From Lama glama (taxonomy: Eukaryota): 64,000 bases of DNA. Location of the stretch: assembly GCA_028534125.1 (NCBI GenBank), contig CM052818.1, forward strand, positions 37,698,001-37,762,000, read 5' to 3'. The notes below the pieces were generated by a model. It searched no databases and had not been told where the DNA came from. It saw only the letters and a program-made list of their open reading frames with translations. A program made the translations under genes and the position numbers. Shown one piece after another: positions 62,901 through 64,000 of the stretch (its first letter is position 1; every line of letters begins with the position of its first letter).

Positions 62901-64000
62901 GTGAGACCGCCTGGGACGCTAGGACTTTTAAGACTTAGCCTGTATTTTCCTCTTGAATTTCAACTAACATCTCCTTTCTTCCTTGGTCACTTTCCTCTGT
63001 CCTGTGGTGACTGAAATAGTGCCTTGGGTGGGCAAATAAAGGGCAAAGAAATCTAATTAAACAGAAGTCCTTTCTATCCGAGACTCTTTCTCCACTGAAT
63101 ATGCTAATTACCTTTAGATAAGATGAATTCAGGAACTTGGCAGCAAAATTTGCTAAGGTTACAGCCCTGCAGGGTGCATACCTGTTTTCCGTTTGCCAGT
63201 CAACGGGTTCATGCTGGCCATGAAACCAGGTCTGTTCCCAGAGTAAACTGGTGAAACCTCGTACGTTAACGCCACTCATTGCTGGTTTACCGGTGAGAAT
63301 AGCTGTGGTGCAGAGCCACTGATGTCTGCATCTCCAAAGTGGAGAAGGGTCAGGAATGCAGACAGGTGATCTGCAAGTTAAAGGATCCACAGACCCCAGT
63401 CTTAACTCAGGAAACTGTGAAGGTTATTATTTATAAGTCCTACTTTATAGTTTCTGTAAAATTGGGAACTGTCATTGTATCCTGCAACCCACAAACTGGC
63501 AAACGTTTTCAAGAACTTAAAGTATTACCTGGACATCTGCAGTGTCTAATGCGGAACACAGCTCAGATGACAATGGCCTTCATCCTGGCACTAGTAACAG
63601 TAAAGGGAGACGATAAAGAGGTAAAATGATGGGAATGAAAGTCTGTTTATCGCTGCATTGGAAGTGAGTGTAAGAAATCCCAGCTATGGACTGAGGAACC
63701 AAAAGGCCAGCAACCGTCACATTTAAGGCTGTGGCCACCAAATACTTTCTCAGCTATAGCGCCAAATAGTCATCAAAGAGTTGCACTGCCTGTATGAGGT
63801 ATTAAAAGAGGAAACTCTAAAACTATAGGTGCATGTGAGAGGGTGGAGGAGATGGTGCAGAACAGGGGTTCAAGCAGACATTCCTTGCGTTTCTGTGAAG
63901 CTCAGCAAACAGGTATCCATCCAGGTCATCATAACAGATGCGGTGGCCAAGGACTAAATCCTATTGACAATCAATTATTGAGAACCATTTAAGAAAACAG

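Noticed and set aside
62935..63390. 151-aa minus-strand ORF
   Set aside because: No recognisable domain or splice context. It cannot be supported without a homology search.
1..64000. CRISPR arrays, operons or other prokaryotic/phage systems
   Set aside because: The sequence is clearly mammalian, with no repeat-spacer arrays or gene-dense ORF structure.

Overview
Mammalian non-coding DNA (intronic or intergenic), AT-rich and repeat-dense. It is most likely cetartiodactyl and probably camelid. This is an inference from four short L1 3'-end insertions of the artiodactyl type and from my not seeing Alu, B1/B2, Bov-tA/Bov-A2, PRE-1 or CHR-2 SINEs. I cannot support any intact protein-coding gene. 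The listed ORFs are chance ORFs, simple-repeat translations or decayed transposon frames. Recognisable content: (1) a nested L1 complex at about 15.2-22.3 kb; (2) a decayed class III ERV (HERV16/ERVL-like) pol with a partial LTR at about 50.2-53.6 kb; (3) MaLR/MLT LTR elements, including an LTR-internal-LTR remnant; (4) hAT and Tigger MITEs, several with visible TSDs; (5) MIR, L2 and L3 relics and microsatellites. The most notable non-routine items are a tailless tRNA-Gly(TCC) 5'-half retrocopy with TSD at 38180-38217, a perfect DR5 retinoic-acid-response-type element at 8851-8867, and a CpG-rich promoter/5'-exon-like block at about 47.3-47.9 kb. There are also two + strand micro-exon candidates at 23038-23060 and 61139-61168. 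Repeat subfamily names come from recalled consensus similarity rather than an alignment, and boundaries without a TSD are approximate. I found no convincing evidence of a wholly new biological system.
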